From an uncultured Thermoplasmatales archaeon (GTDB taxonomy: Archaea > Thermoplasmatota > E2 > DHVEG-1), in the NCBI GenBank assembly GCA_964612945.1, contig CAZTFR010000005.1, positions 1,716-65,715 on the forward strand: 64,000 nt of DNA, in the 5' to 3' direction. The translations under genes and the position numbers were made by a program. Under the pieces are notes generated by a model. It did not search any database and had not been told where the DNA came from. It saw nothing but the letters and a program-made list of their open reading frames with translations. Positions within the stretch are counted from its first letter, which is position 1. The number at the start of each line of letters is the position of its first letter. Shown in pieces: positions 1 to 7,668 of the stretch.

Positions 1-63
1 CAGACCATCCTATAAGCATTGAAAACAATCAAATACTACTTCTGAATTACCACCACAAAAACC

Positions 64-1161
64 ATGACCAAACAAGATTACTACGAGATCCTTGGCGTAC
101 CCAAAGATGCAGACAAAAAACAAATTAAAAAAGCCTATAGAAAGCTTGCGCTCAAGTATCATCCAGACAAAAATCCATCAAAAGAAGCAACAGAAAAATT
201 CAAAGAAATCTCAGAAGCCTACGCGGTTTTAAGCGATGATGAAAAACGCCAGATGTATGATCAGTATGGTCATGCAGGAATCGATCAACGATACAGTACC
301 GAAGATATCTTCCGCGGCACCGATTTTCAGGACATCTTTCGAAACATGGGATTTGATTTTGGATTCGGCGTCGAAGACATCTTTGATCAATTCTTTGGAC
401 GACGAACCGGATTTCGCAGACAACCCCACCGACCACAGGGCCGCGATCTCCGCTATGACATCGAAATCAGCCTTGAAGATGCCTACCACGGCATGGAAAC
501 CGACATACGCATCCCCCGCACCGAACCCTGCGAGACCTGCAAAGGATCCGGTGCCAAACCAGGAACACAACCCAAACCCTGCCCGAAATGCAACGGCACC
601 GGACAAGCCCAGCAATCACGACGCACCGCCTTTGGCATGATGACCCAGATCACCACCTGCCCACAATGCAGAGGACAAGGAACTATCATAGACACACCCT
701 GCCCCGACTGCAAAGGACAGGGACTTATCCGCCGTACCCGAACCATCGAACTAAAAATACCACCAGGTGTCGACGAAGGATCACAACTCCGCCTCGAAGG
801 ACAAGGAGAACGACTGGGAAAACAAGGTATCGACGGCGATCTCTACATCGTCATACACATGAAAAAACACCCACAGTTCCACCGACGAGGAGACGACCTC
901 GTTCAAAAACAAACCATCACCTTTCCCCAAGCCGCACTCGGAGCACAACTCTCCATACCCACCATCACCAGCACCGAAACCATTAAAATCCCAAGCGGGA
1001 CACAACCTGGTGATCTCATCACCCTGAAAAACAAAGGAATGCCCCGCATCCAGGGCAGCAGACAGGGAAACATGTACATCGAAATTGACATCAAAACACC
1101 CACAAAACTTAATAGAAAAGCAAAAAAACTACTTGAAGAGCTCGAAAAAGAACTCTCCTAA
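64..1161 (+). CDS. dnaJ: Chaperone DnaJ (Hsp40), type I: J-domain, G/F region, four CxxCxGxG zinc-finger repeats, C-terminal domain
   Basis: N-terminus [12 protein letters not shown]...HPDKN carries the J-domain HPD motif. Four CxxCxGxG repeats follow ([32 protein letters not shown]). Length 365 aa. Coding strand is strongly C/A-rich. Confidence 0.95.
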   Translation: MTKQDYYEILGVPKDADKKQIKKAYRKLALKYHPDKNPSKEATEKFKEISEAYAVLSDDEKRQMYDQYGHAGIDQRYSTEDIFRGTDFQDIFRNMGFDFGFGVEDIFDQFFGRRTGFRRQPHRPQGRDLRYDIEISLEDAYHGMETDIRIPRTEPCETCKGSGAKPGTQPKPCPKCNGTGQAQQSRRTAFGMMTQITTCPQCRGQGTIIDTPCPDCKGQGLIRRTRTIELKIPPGVDEGSQLRLEGQGERLGKQGIDGDLYIVIHMKKHPQFHRRGDDLVQKQTITFPQAALGAQLSIPTITSTETIKIPSGTQPGDLITLKNKGMPRIQGSRQGNMYIEIDIKTPTKLNRKAKKLLEELEKELS

Positions 1162-1227
1162 CATAGACCGCAACATTTAAATAGAAGCTCTAACAAGTAT
1201 AGGGGTGACGACAAAAGGAGGCATGGC

Positions 1228-1791
1228 ATGGAGCCATTTGATAATAACAGAAATCGAAAAAGAAAAAATCCCTTCGACTTCATCTCAGACGACGAATTCG
1301 AAAAAATCTTTGATGAAATGCAAAAAATATTCGAACAAAACAACTTCAAAGACATCATAGAAGACATCATAAAAAACGGCATGGAACCAAACAAGAGGTT
1401 CATCCACGGATTCAGCATCAACCTTGGACCAGACGGCAAACCACACATCCAGGAATTTGGAAACAAACCCAAAAAAACACCCCAAGGAACCGCACGCATC
1501 TCCGACGAACAAGAACCACTCTCCGACATCATTGAAGGAGAAAGCGATGTCGCAATAACCGTCGAACTCCCCGGCGTCGAAAAAGACAACATCGATCTCA
1601 ACGTCACAGACACCATCCTCAACATCCATGTCGCCGACCCGCAGAGAAAATACCACAAAACCATTGATCTCCCCTGCGATGTGAAACCAAAAACCACCAA
1701 AGCAACCTACAAAAACGGAATCTTAGACATCGTCCTTAAGAAAAAAGACCCCGGTAAACCTGATGGCGGTTACCGCGTAACAATCGAATAA
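1228..1791 (+). CDS. hsp20: Small heat-shock protein, Hsp20/alpha-crystallin family
   Basis: C-terminal alpha-crystallin domain (ITVELPGVEKDNIDLNV...ILNIHV...GILDIVLKK). AAAGGAGG Shine-Dalgarno lies 5 nt upstream of the ATG. It is co-directional with dnaJ. Confidence 0.8.
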   Translation: MEPFDNNRNRKRKNPFDFISDDEFEKIFDEMQKIFEQNNFKDIIEDIIKNGMEPNKRFIHGFSINLGPDGKPHIQEFGNKPKKTPQGTARISDEQEPLSDIIEGESDVAITVELPGVEKDNIDLNVTDTILNIHVADPQRKYHKTIDLPCDVKPKTTKATYKNGILDIVLKKKDPGKPDGGYRVTIE

Positions 1792-1800
1792 AAAAAAAAA
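1791..1800 (-). terminator. Oligo-T tract (A-run on + strand) just downstream of the minus-strand regulator gene; candidate archaeal terminator
   Basis: A10-11 run between the convergent hsp20 and 1831..2211(-) genes. Archaeal terminators are oligo-T on the coding strand. Confidence 0.3.
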
Positions 1801-1830
1801 AGTAGAAAATAAGGGAGGGTCAACCCTTTA

Positions 1831-2211
1831 TTAATTTGTCCCTAACAATTGACGAAGCTGCGTGATATCATTTTGAACAGTTTCAACTTCTTTGAGTTTT
1901 TCCTCTTCAACAGTCTTTAAAATCTGTTTGAGATCACGTGTCGGCGAATAAATGTGCACAGGCCGGCCTTTGCCGTCTTTTTTCTGGTCACGTTTTCTTA
2001 CCCATCGTCGACGGCGTAGCTCCTGCATGGCAATACTGACTTCGGGTTGTCTAAGATTTGCAGCTTGTTCGATGTCTGAGCATTGACATTCATCAACTTG
2101 TGAGATATACATCAACGTTCTTGCCAAATTACGAGGCATCCCAAGTTTGACAAAGAGATCAATTGCCTTATCATCATTCTTATCCAAGGCGTATACTTCT
2201 TTTCGCTTCAT
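1831..2211 (-). CDS. Small winged-helix (TrmB/ArsR-like) transcriptional regulator
   Basis: 126-aa ORF. N-terminal wHTH-like segment (LARTLMYISQVDECQCSDIEQAANLRQPEVSIAMQELRRRRWV) with a basic wing. The family assignment is tentative. Confidence 0.55.
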   Translation of the reverse strand: MKRKEVYALDKNDDKAIDLFVKLGMPRNLARTLMYISQVDECQCSDIEQAANLRQPEVSIAMQELRRRRWVRKRDQKKDGKGRPVHIYSPTRDLKQILKTVEEEKLKEVETVQNDITQLRQLLGTN

Positions 2212-2491
2212 ATGATTTTTCTCCTCTTCTTCTCTTTTTTACCCCCACATCCATGAGGGTTGGTACCATGATGAAGAATGGAAGGGCCTATTTCTCTCTC
2301 AAGGGGAAAATATGAAGAAAAATGATAATCCCTTCCTTCTCTCCTCATCGCTTCCTCCAACGGATAGCGCTTGCTATCATGCAACACGTATACATTTTAG
2401 ATTTAAATTTGTTTCGAAATATTTAACGAAATTGATAGTTGTATAAAGAAAAAATTCCTAAATAAAAAAAAAAGGAGAAGAAGAGCGGTAA

Positions 2492-2731
2492 TTATTTCTT
2501 AACGCCGCCCCATTTTGAGATATAAATGATACCCAAGACACAGATAAGAGTTATCACAATTGCTACAACTACTGCGATTGCAGCACCAGCTGCATCTTGG
2601 AATTTATCCATGGTAATAACCATGTTTAACATTCCAATGATCACATCTCTCCAGATGAGAGCGATGATGAATCCAAACGCTCCCGCGATAGCAACAGCCA
2701 TGGTTGATTTTATTTCAGACATTGTTACCAT
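2492..2731 (-). CDS. Small two-TM membrane protein (hypothetical)
   Basis: 79-aa ORF with two hydrophobic helices. GGAGGAGG Shine-Dalgarno lies 9 nt upstream of the ATG on the minus strand. An oligo-T tract (A-run at 2464-2473 on +) follows the stop. Confidence 0.5.
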   Translation of the reverse strand: MVTMSEIKSTMAVAIAGAFGFIIALIWRDVIIGMLNMVITMDKFQDAAGAAIAVVVAIVITLICVLGIIYISKWGGVKK

Positions 2732-2811
2732 TTTATTATGCCTCCTCCATTTCCTACAATATGGTAGGTGGAAAAAAACGGTATGCTACTATAAATACTT
2801 AGCTACTTTTT

Positions 2812-3336
2812 TCAAAAGAGTTCTTTGAATCGTTCGATATTGGGGTTGACCATGCCACATTTTTTGACGGGGAAAATATTCTCAAGAAGTTCGATGCCAT
2901 CAATGATTTGCTGATACTCGCGCATGAGGCTTTCGCTAAAACGCTTTATTTGTTTGATATCTTTTGATGTTAAAATAAACAGCCAATCAAATGCTCCATG
3001 CAGATAGCTACTGCAGATGACATTAACCCCAAGTTCTTCTCCTTTTTTGTGGATGGTGAGCTTGACGATTTTATCTATTGCATCGCCTGCTGGTTTATTG
3101 GATCGTTTGATGAGCATGTAGAAATGTTTGAGTTCTAGTTTTTCAAAATCAGCAACGGCATAGTAGCCCCAGATAGTTTTGTTTTTTTCCAGTCGTTTGA
3201 TAATTCGCCAGACTTTTTGTCGTGAAAAACCGCATTTTTTTGCAATGTTGTCAATGCTTTCTTTTGCATTTGTTTGGAGTTCTGCAAGAATCTTTTTTTC
3301 ATCTCTATCTATTTGGGCTCGGCTTGATTTTGGCAT
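2812..3336 (-). CDS. lrp: Lrp/AsnC-family transcriptional regulator (HTH + RAM domain)
   Basis: N-terminal HTH (LDEKKILAELQTNAKESIDNIAKKCGFSRQKVWRIIKRLEKN) and a C-terminal RAM-like domain. Length 174 aa. Confidence 0.8.
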   Translation of the reverse strand: MPKSSRAQIDRDEKKILAELQTNAKESIDNIAKKCGFSRQKVWRIIKRLEKNKTIWGYYAVADFEKLELKHFYMLIKRSNKPAGDAIDKIVKLTIHKKGEELGVNVICSSYLHGAFDWLFILTSKDIKQIKRFSESLMREYQQIIDGIELLENIFPVKKCGMVNPNIERFKELF

Positions 3337-3362
3337 AATACTACCTCCCCGTTACCAAAAGA

Positions 3363-3797
3363 CTATAACATTCTTCTCTTAAATAGCTTACTCTTTGTAC
3401 CATTTATTTCATCTATAGTGATTTTTCCAAGTGTCTTCGTTGATTGTTGTGCAGAAATGAGGGTGTGGACTTGTTTGGTGTGTTCGTTTACCGTAAGAAC
3501 TCCGATGTGGTTGCCAATGAGGGTGTATTGGTGTTTTCGCAGCAGGCTGTAGATGTTCATGAGAGGAACAGCAAGGTAGACGTAGTCGGCGCCAAGTTGG
3601 TAGTTTTTGAGTTGGATGAGTGCTTTTTTCCAATCGCTGAGTTTGAGTTCTACTGCGATGACGTGGGTGTTGTTGAGAGCGATGAGATCAGCGCGGCAGT
3701 ATCCGATGCGTATTTCTGAAAATACCTGGTATCCTTGTTGTTGGAAGTAGTGAGTGACAGGCGGGCGGAGTTCATGTTCCTTTGAGAAGTGTTGCAT
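3363..3797 (-). CDS. PD-(D/E)xK nuclease, Holliday-junction resolvase Hjc-like
   Basis: EHEL...GYQVF...RADLIALNNTHVIAVELK aligns with the Hjc ERELxxLLxxxGFxVxR...DLVA...IEVK core (E, D, E-x-K). Length 144 aa. It overlaps the 3' end of the upstream polB-like gene by 26 nt. Confidence 0.6.
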   Translation of the reverse strand: MQHFSKEHELRPPVTHYFQQQGYQVFSEIRIGYCRADLIALNNTHVIAVELKLSDWKKALIQLKNYQLGADYVYLAVPLMNIYSLLRKHQYTLIGNHIGVLTVNEHTKQVHTLISAQQSTKTLGKITIDEINGTKSKLFKRRML

Positions 3798-6018
3798 AGG
3801 TTTGTTTCCTCATTTTTTTGGTGTTTAGATAGTGTTCGAATGTTTCTTTGGTGTATCCAAAGGGGGTCAGTAGGCTTTCTGCGCATTTAGCGAGGTGCCG
3901 CCGGTAGAAATCACGGTCAGGGGTGGTTGTTTCGGTGAGAAATTCTGCGATTTTAACTCGGTTTCGGGGGTCAGATGCGTGTTCGTCGGTGACCAGGTAG
4001 CGGACGGTTTGTCCGGGTTCAAAGTGGATGCCTGCATCGCGGAGTTGTATCAGTGCAGCTTTGGTAAGCGTGTTTGCTTTGTAGTCGGTGATGTCTCGGC
4101 TGATCTGGATGGTAAAGAGGAGGTCTTGTAGGGGGACTGTGCCTTCGAGAAGATGTTGGTAAAACGTGAGAGGTATTTTGAGAGCATGGGGGATCTGTTC
4201 GTAGAATTCGGTGGTAGTATGTGCCTGGGCAAGCGTGGTAAGCATTTCTTTCTGCATGACTTTAAGAAACGGTGGTGTGTTTTTTTGTCTGAGTTCGACA
4301 CCGCGGATGCGTAGTTTTCCTGCTGTGTTGAGGCCGTAGTAGCGGTTGAGAGCACCAACGTCGGTGTTTTTGCTGGGGAGAAAGACGATCCAGTGATACG
4401 TTGCTTCGATGTCGATACGTATGCCTGTGTGGGTGCTGATGTGTCTGGCGAGCTGCTCCGGGGTGAGACGGGGCGTATACGGTTGTATCCACAGGGAGTC
4501 GACGATGCCATGCAGGACGTAGTAACCGTGATGTTCGACGAGGTTGATGGTGGAAAGCAGGATGTCGCGGCTGTAGGCGGTGATGCTTTCATGGCATTCG
4601 ATGCGTCCGTAGCGGGCGTTGCGGTAGCCGGTGTAGCCGAAGCAGACGAGAAGAATCCATTTCCAGGCTTGTTGGAGTTCTTCGTATGTTTTGGTGTTGT
4701 ACTGGGGGTGTCGGGCGCGTGCTTTAAAGCAGAATCGTCTGTTGAGTATGGGCTCCAGGACTTGGGGGATGAGTCCTTTTTGTTTGGTGCAGATGGGATA
4801 CTTCAGTTGAGGAACTCGGTGTGTGGAGGTGGGGCAGCAGGAGCAGAGCAGGGTTTCCGGGCTGATATTGTGTTGGACCATGATGTGGGGGTAGAGTGAG
4901 GCGTAGTCGAGTTCGATTGCGCCTTCATGCAGGCCGATGTGTGGTTCGAGGATGAGGCCGCCGCGGTCGGCATTGAGAAGATCCCAGCTGGTTTTCCAGG
5001 ATTCCGGTTGATTTTTCTTCCAGGGGATGAGATAGTCCTGGCTCATAGCGGTGTTGACCTGTATCTGGCTGATCGCCGTGCCGGGTCCCAGGCGGGAGAG
5101 CATCTGCAGAGGGATGTTTGCACAGCGGGAGATGTCCAGAAGCCCTCGCAGACCGCTTTCGCCGTAGAGAAACGAGTTTTTCTGGTCAAGATGCACGCGT
5201 CCTTTGAGGGTATAGAAGGGTGGTCGGTAGACGATGTGGCCATAGCTGAAGTAGGATTTTCCCTGTTTTGCAGGTGCTTCATGAATGTGATCTCGTCCCA
5301 GGGTGAACTGGTGACCGATTGCGGCCTGTTTGGCACGATGGTAGAGGTAGGGCAGAAGTGTGCTGTCTCCGTCGTGGGTGTAGATGATATCTGGGTCTGT
5401 TGTTTGGAGGTGTTTCATCGCCGAAAGCAGGGTGTCTGCCTCGTTTTCTTCCTGTATTTCCATGTCATCAAGGATGAGAGCGCGGAGAGGGTCATGATGT
5501 GTTTTGATTCGTGCGGTGGTGTTTCGGGTGGCAGACAGATGCAGAGTTTTATAAGAAGGAAGAGGGTAGTCGATTGCCCACTGATCATCATGGAGATGAA
5601 AACGGCGGCCGTCCCAGCTGACCTGAGCGTTGCAGAAGAGGTGATGGTCGTTGAGGTATCTGGTGGGCAGGCGGATGTCAACGTTGTAGAGCTGGTAGTG
5701 ATGGTAGTTTCCCCAGGAGTCGATAAGGGCGGGGAGCCGGTGGAAGGCTTCCAGTGTTTTTGGGATGACCGTTAGGAAAAGCGTGGGTTTGGAGGATCCC
5801 AGTGTTGTTTTGTTGTAGGTAAAGCAGTAGTGTTTAATTTCAGGGAGCTGCCGAAGGGTGCGGGCAAGTGCGGTGAGTTTTTCATGGGATGCCTTGATGG
5901 AGACGCTGGGATGGTAGGGAGGGTGTATTTTATAGGGACGATGTCTTCCGGTAAGCCAGATCGTCATCGTGTTGTGGTGAAAGTCAGGGTAGACGTCCAG
6001 GATGTGTCCATGTATCAC
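3772..6018 (-). CDS. polB: Family B DNA polymerase homologue (archaeal PolB-like), highly divergent and probably catalytically impaired
   Basis: Collinear with archaeal PolB: an N-terminal ILDVxY start, ExoI D-x-E (LDDMEI), FTLGRD, motif A DYASLYPH, motif B KWILLVCFGYTGY, motif C HGIVDS. The ExoII Asp, ExoIII Asp, motif-B N/S and the first motif-C Asp are all substituted. Extreme H/T/P/Y/Q-rich composition. GTG start. Confidence 0.85.
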   Translation of the reverse strand: MIHGHILDVYPDFHHNTMTIWLTGRHRPYKIHPPYHPSVSIKASHEKLTALARTLRQLPEIKHYCFTYNKTTLGSSKPTLFLTVIPKTLEAFHRLPALIDSWGNYHHYQLYNVDIRLPTRYLNDHHLFCNAQVSWDGRRFHLHDDQWAIDYPLPSYKTLHLSATRNTTARIKTHHDPLRALILDDMEIQEENEADTLLSAMKHLQTTDPDIIYTHDGDSTLLPYLYHRAKQAAIGHQFTLGRDHIHEAPAKQGKSYFSYGHIVYRPPFYTLKGRVHLDQKNSFLYGESGLRGLLDISRCANIPLQMLSRLGPGTAISQIQVNTAMSQDYLIPWKKNQPESWKTSWDLLNADRGGLILEPHIGLHEGAIELDYASLYPHIMVQHNISPETLLCSCCPTSTHRVPQLKYPICTKQKGLIPQVLEPILNRRFCFKARARHPQYNTKTYEELQQAWKWILLVCFGYTGYRNARYGRIECHESITAYSRDILLSTINLVEHHGYYVLHGIVDSLWIQPYTPRLTPEQLARHISTHTGIRIDIEATYHWIVFLPSKNTDVGALNRYYGLNTAGKLRIRGVELRQKNTPPFLKVMQKEMLTTLAQAHTTTEFYEQIPHALKIPLTFYQHLLEGTVPLQDLLFTIQISRDITDYKANTLTKAALIQLRDAGIHFEPGQTVRYLVTDEHASDPRNRVKIAEFLTETTTPDRDFYRRHLAKCAESLLTPFGYTKETFEHYLNTKKMRKQTYATLLKGT

Positions 6019-6873
6019 CTACTGCGTCCCTCCCACCGAGGGCGCTATTTTTTGAAGCGGGGTGAAGTCGTCAAGGCTTTTTTGTGCGGTATGGCAGTGA
6101 TTGATGTGTGCGGTGGTGTTTTGGTTGAGAAGATGAATATGTGTGTAGTGGTGACGGGTGGTAAGAGAAACGACTTCGTGGGCATGCTGGTAAAAGAGGG
6201 GTTTGAGCGGTCGTCGTTTCCAAAAGGAGCTTTTTGAGTGATGGGTAAGCAGGGTGATGAGCCGGTAGGTGGTGGTAAGTGTGTTGAGTTTTTGCAGGGT
6301 GTAGGTGAGAAGAGCGGTAGCTTCTTTTGCAGGGACATCAGGGTCAAAAAAAAGGGTGGGAAACATGCCAATGATAAGGGTGCGCGGGGTGATCTGCTTG
6401 ATCATGGGTTCAAGGTATTCTTCAACGAGTGTGGTGAGTTGGTAGACGGTAAAGGCACGGCAGAGATAGACATGTTTGAGGAGATGGTGTTGGTTGAGAT
6501 GAAGCTTTCGAGCGTATGAGGCGAGTTGGTAGGGGTTTGCCTGCATGCCGCCGTCCAGGTAGAGGGTGGTGCTTTTGAAGGTATGGTAGGTGGATGCACA
6601 GAGGCGGTCCGGGAGATCTTTTATGAGATCGCTGGTGCCATCGATTGCGATGAGCTGCCCGGCTTTGAAGCCACCGAGGAGACGGTCCAGAGTGGTGATG
6701 CCGGAGTGGATGAACAGCTCTGGTTGGCAGCGCTGCTGAGTGAGAAGAAGAGATCGATGTTGTGGTGCGTGCGAGTGATGCACAAGTGGTATGCTCATAA
6801 GAGATGGGTGCCCCCTACAGAAAAAATCTGGTGGTACGCAGGGGCATAGGCGGGTGATGTTAAAAAGATACAA
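6019..6873 (-). CDS. RadA/RadB (RecA-superfamily) paralogue with degenerate Walker A and B motifs (predicted pseudo-ATPase)
   Basis: SGITTLDRLLGG...LKHVYLCRAFTVYQL...LIIGMFPTLFFD aligns with RadB/RadA (TGSKSLDELLGGG...LKHIYVARAF...LLIVDS). The GxxGxGKT P-loop is replaced by IDGTSDLIKD, and the Walker-B Asp by Gly. Its TAG stop is immediately followed by the polB GTG, so the two are translationally coupled. The true start may be an internal Met. Confidence 0.65.
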   Translation of the reverse strand: MYLFNITRLCPCVPPDFFCRGHPSLMSIPLVHHSHAPQHRSLLLTQQRCQPELFIHSGITTLDRLLGGFKAGQLIAIDGTSDLIKDLPDRLCASTYHTFKSTTLYLDGGMQANPYQLASYARKLHLNQHHLLKHVYLCRAFTVYQLTTLVEEYLEPMIKQITPRTLIIGMFPTLFFDPDVPAKEATALLTYTLQKLNTLTTTYRLITLLTHHSKSSFWKRRPLKPLFYQHAHEVVSLTTRHHYTHIHLLNQNTTAHINHCHTAQKSLDDFTPLQKIAPSVGGTQ

Positions 6874-6909
6874 AGGGGGTCGTCGAAAGTATCTGCAACA
6901 GATAAAAAA

Positions 6910-7467
6910 TCAGAGATGAGATTGCTTTTTCTTTTTTTTCGATTTCTTAGAAGATGCTTCTTCTGTACCGAGATGCAGTGTTCCGGTGGGAAGCGGTTTT
7001 CCTTTTTCTACATAGGATTCTGCTCGATCAGAAAGGGATTGTTGCAGCTTAGTAAGTTCTCGTTCGAGCCTTTCGACTTCTTTTGTTTTTCCTTTCTGTT
7101 TGTATTCCTGGATTTTAGCCTGGAGAATCTCAATTTCTTTTTGAATCGTTTTGATCGCCTGAGCGACCCATTCCTCGATGTTTTGCTCGGTGAGCATCTC
7201 TTTAAGGCGTTGTTCGAACTGTGATCGATCAGTATCTTTGATTTTTGTATACGAACGTCTTTTGTAGGGATCAACAGATGCTGGTGTATGCAGTGGAGAT
7301 AGAGCAGCAGTCGTGCTTCCTTCTTTTTTGATGATCTCATTAATGCCCATACGAATAACATCACTCAGCGTCATCCCGAGCCGGTCTGCTATTTGAGTGA
7401 TATGCTGATACATCCACGGGGAAAGACGGATATGCACCATCGACTGCTCAGCTGATTTGTATACCAT
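6910..7467 (-). CDS. Ribbon-helix-helix (CopG/Arc-like) DNA-binding protein with a long K/E-rich coiled-coil tail
   Basis: N-terminal VHIRLSPWMYQHITQIADRLGMTLSDVIRMGINEII is a typical RHH beta-strand plus two helices. The C-terminal ~110 aa are heptad-like and charged, ending in a poly-Lys stretch. Confidence 0.5.
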   Translation of the reverse strand: MVYKSAEQSMVHIRLSPWMYQHITQIADRLGMTLSDVIRMGINEIIKKEGSTTAALSPLHTPASVDPYKRRSYTKIKDTDRSQFEQRLKEMLTEQNIEEWVAQAIKTIQKEIEILQAKIQEYKQKGKTKEVERLERELTKLQQSLSDRAESYVEKGKPLPTGTLHLGTEEASSKKSKKKKKQSHL

Positions 7468-7668
7468 TTTGATACCTTTTGTATATTAAAATAATATACA
7501 TATTTGGTCTATTTATAGTTTTTGTGCCAAAGCGTCAAAGAAACTCTCCGCCGCATCAGAACGTATTCCCCTGTTTTTTATTCGAAGCTTTTACAATAAA
7601 CATTATAATACCCCGACACCTTTATCCTTCAAGAAAAACAGAGTTATCTGTGGGGAGTTGGCATTCAT

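Noticed and set aside
200-1103. Several ORFs of 66-134 aa antisense to or frame-shifted within dnaJ (200..436-, 229..615-, 236..640+, 483..746-, 588..986+, 781..1005-, 903..1103-)
   Set aside because: dnaJ is unambiguous across the whole interval. The extra ORFs are low-complexity (P/T/H/R-rich) products of the C/A-rich strand, which rarely generates stop codons.
4050-5775. Long alternative-frame and antisense ORFs inside the PolB-like gene (4927..5775+ 282 aa, 4393..4899+, 4050..4592-, 5043..5336-)
   Set aside because: They are explained by the extreme GT/AC strand skew. The PolB frame carries collinear family-B motifs end to end. The others have no recognisable similarity and are low-complexity.
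3363-7467. The PolB island as a casposon or self-replicating provirus/plasmid remnant
   Set aside because: There is no Cas1, integrase, terminal inverted repeats or flanking direct repeats visible within the window. The PolB aligns best with cellular archaeal PolB rather than protein-primed types. I kept it as an unresolved possibility only.
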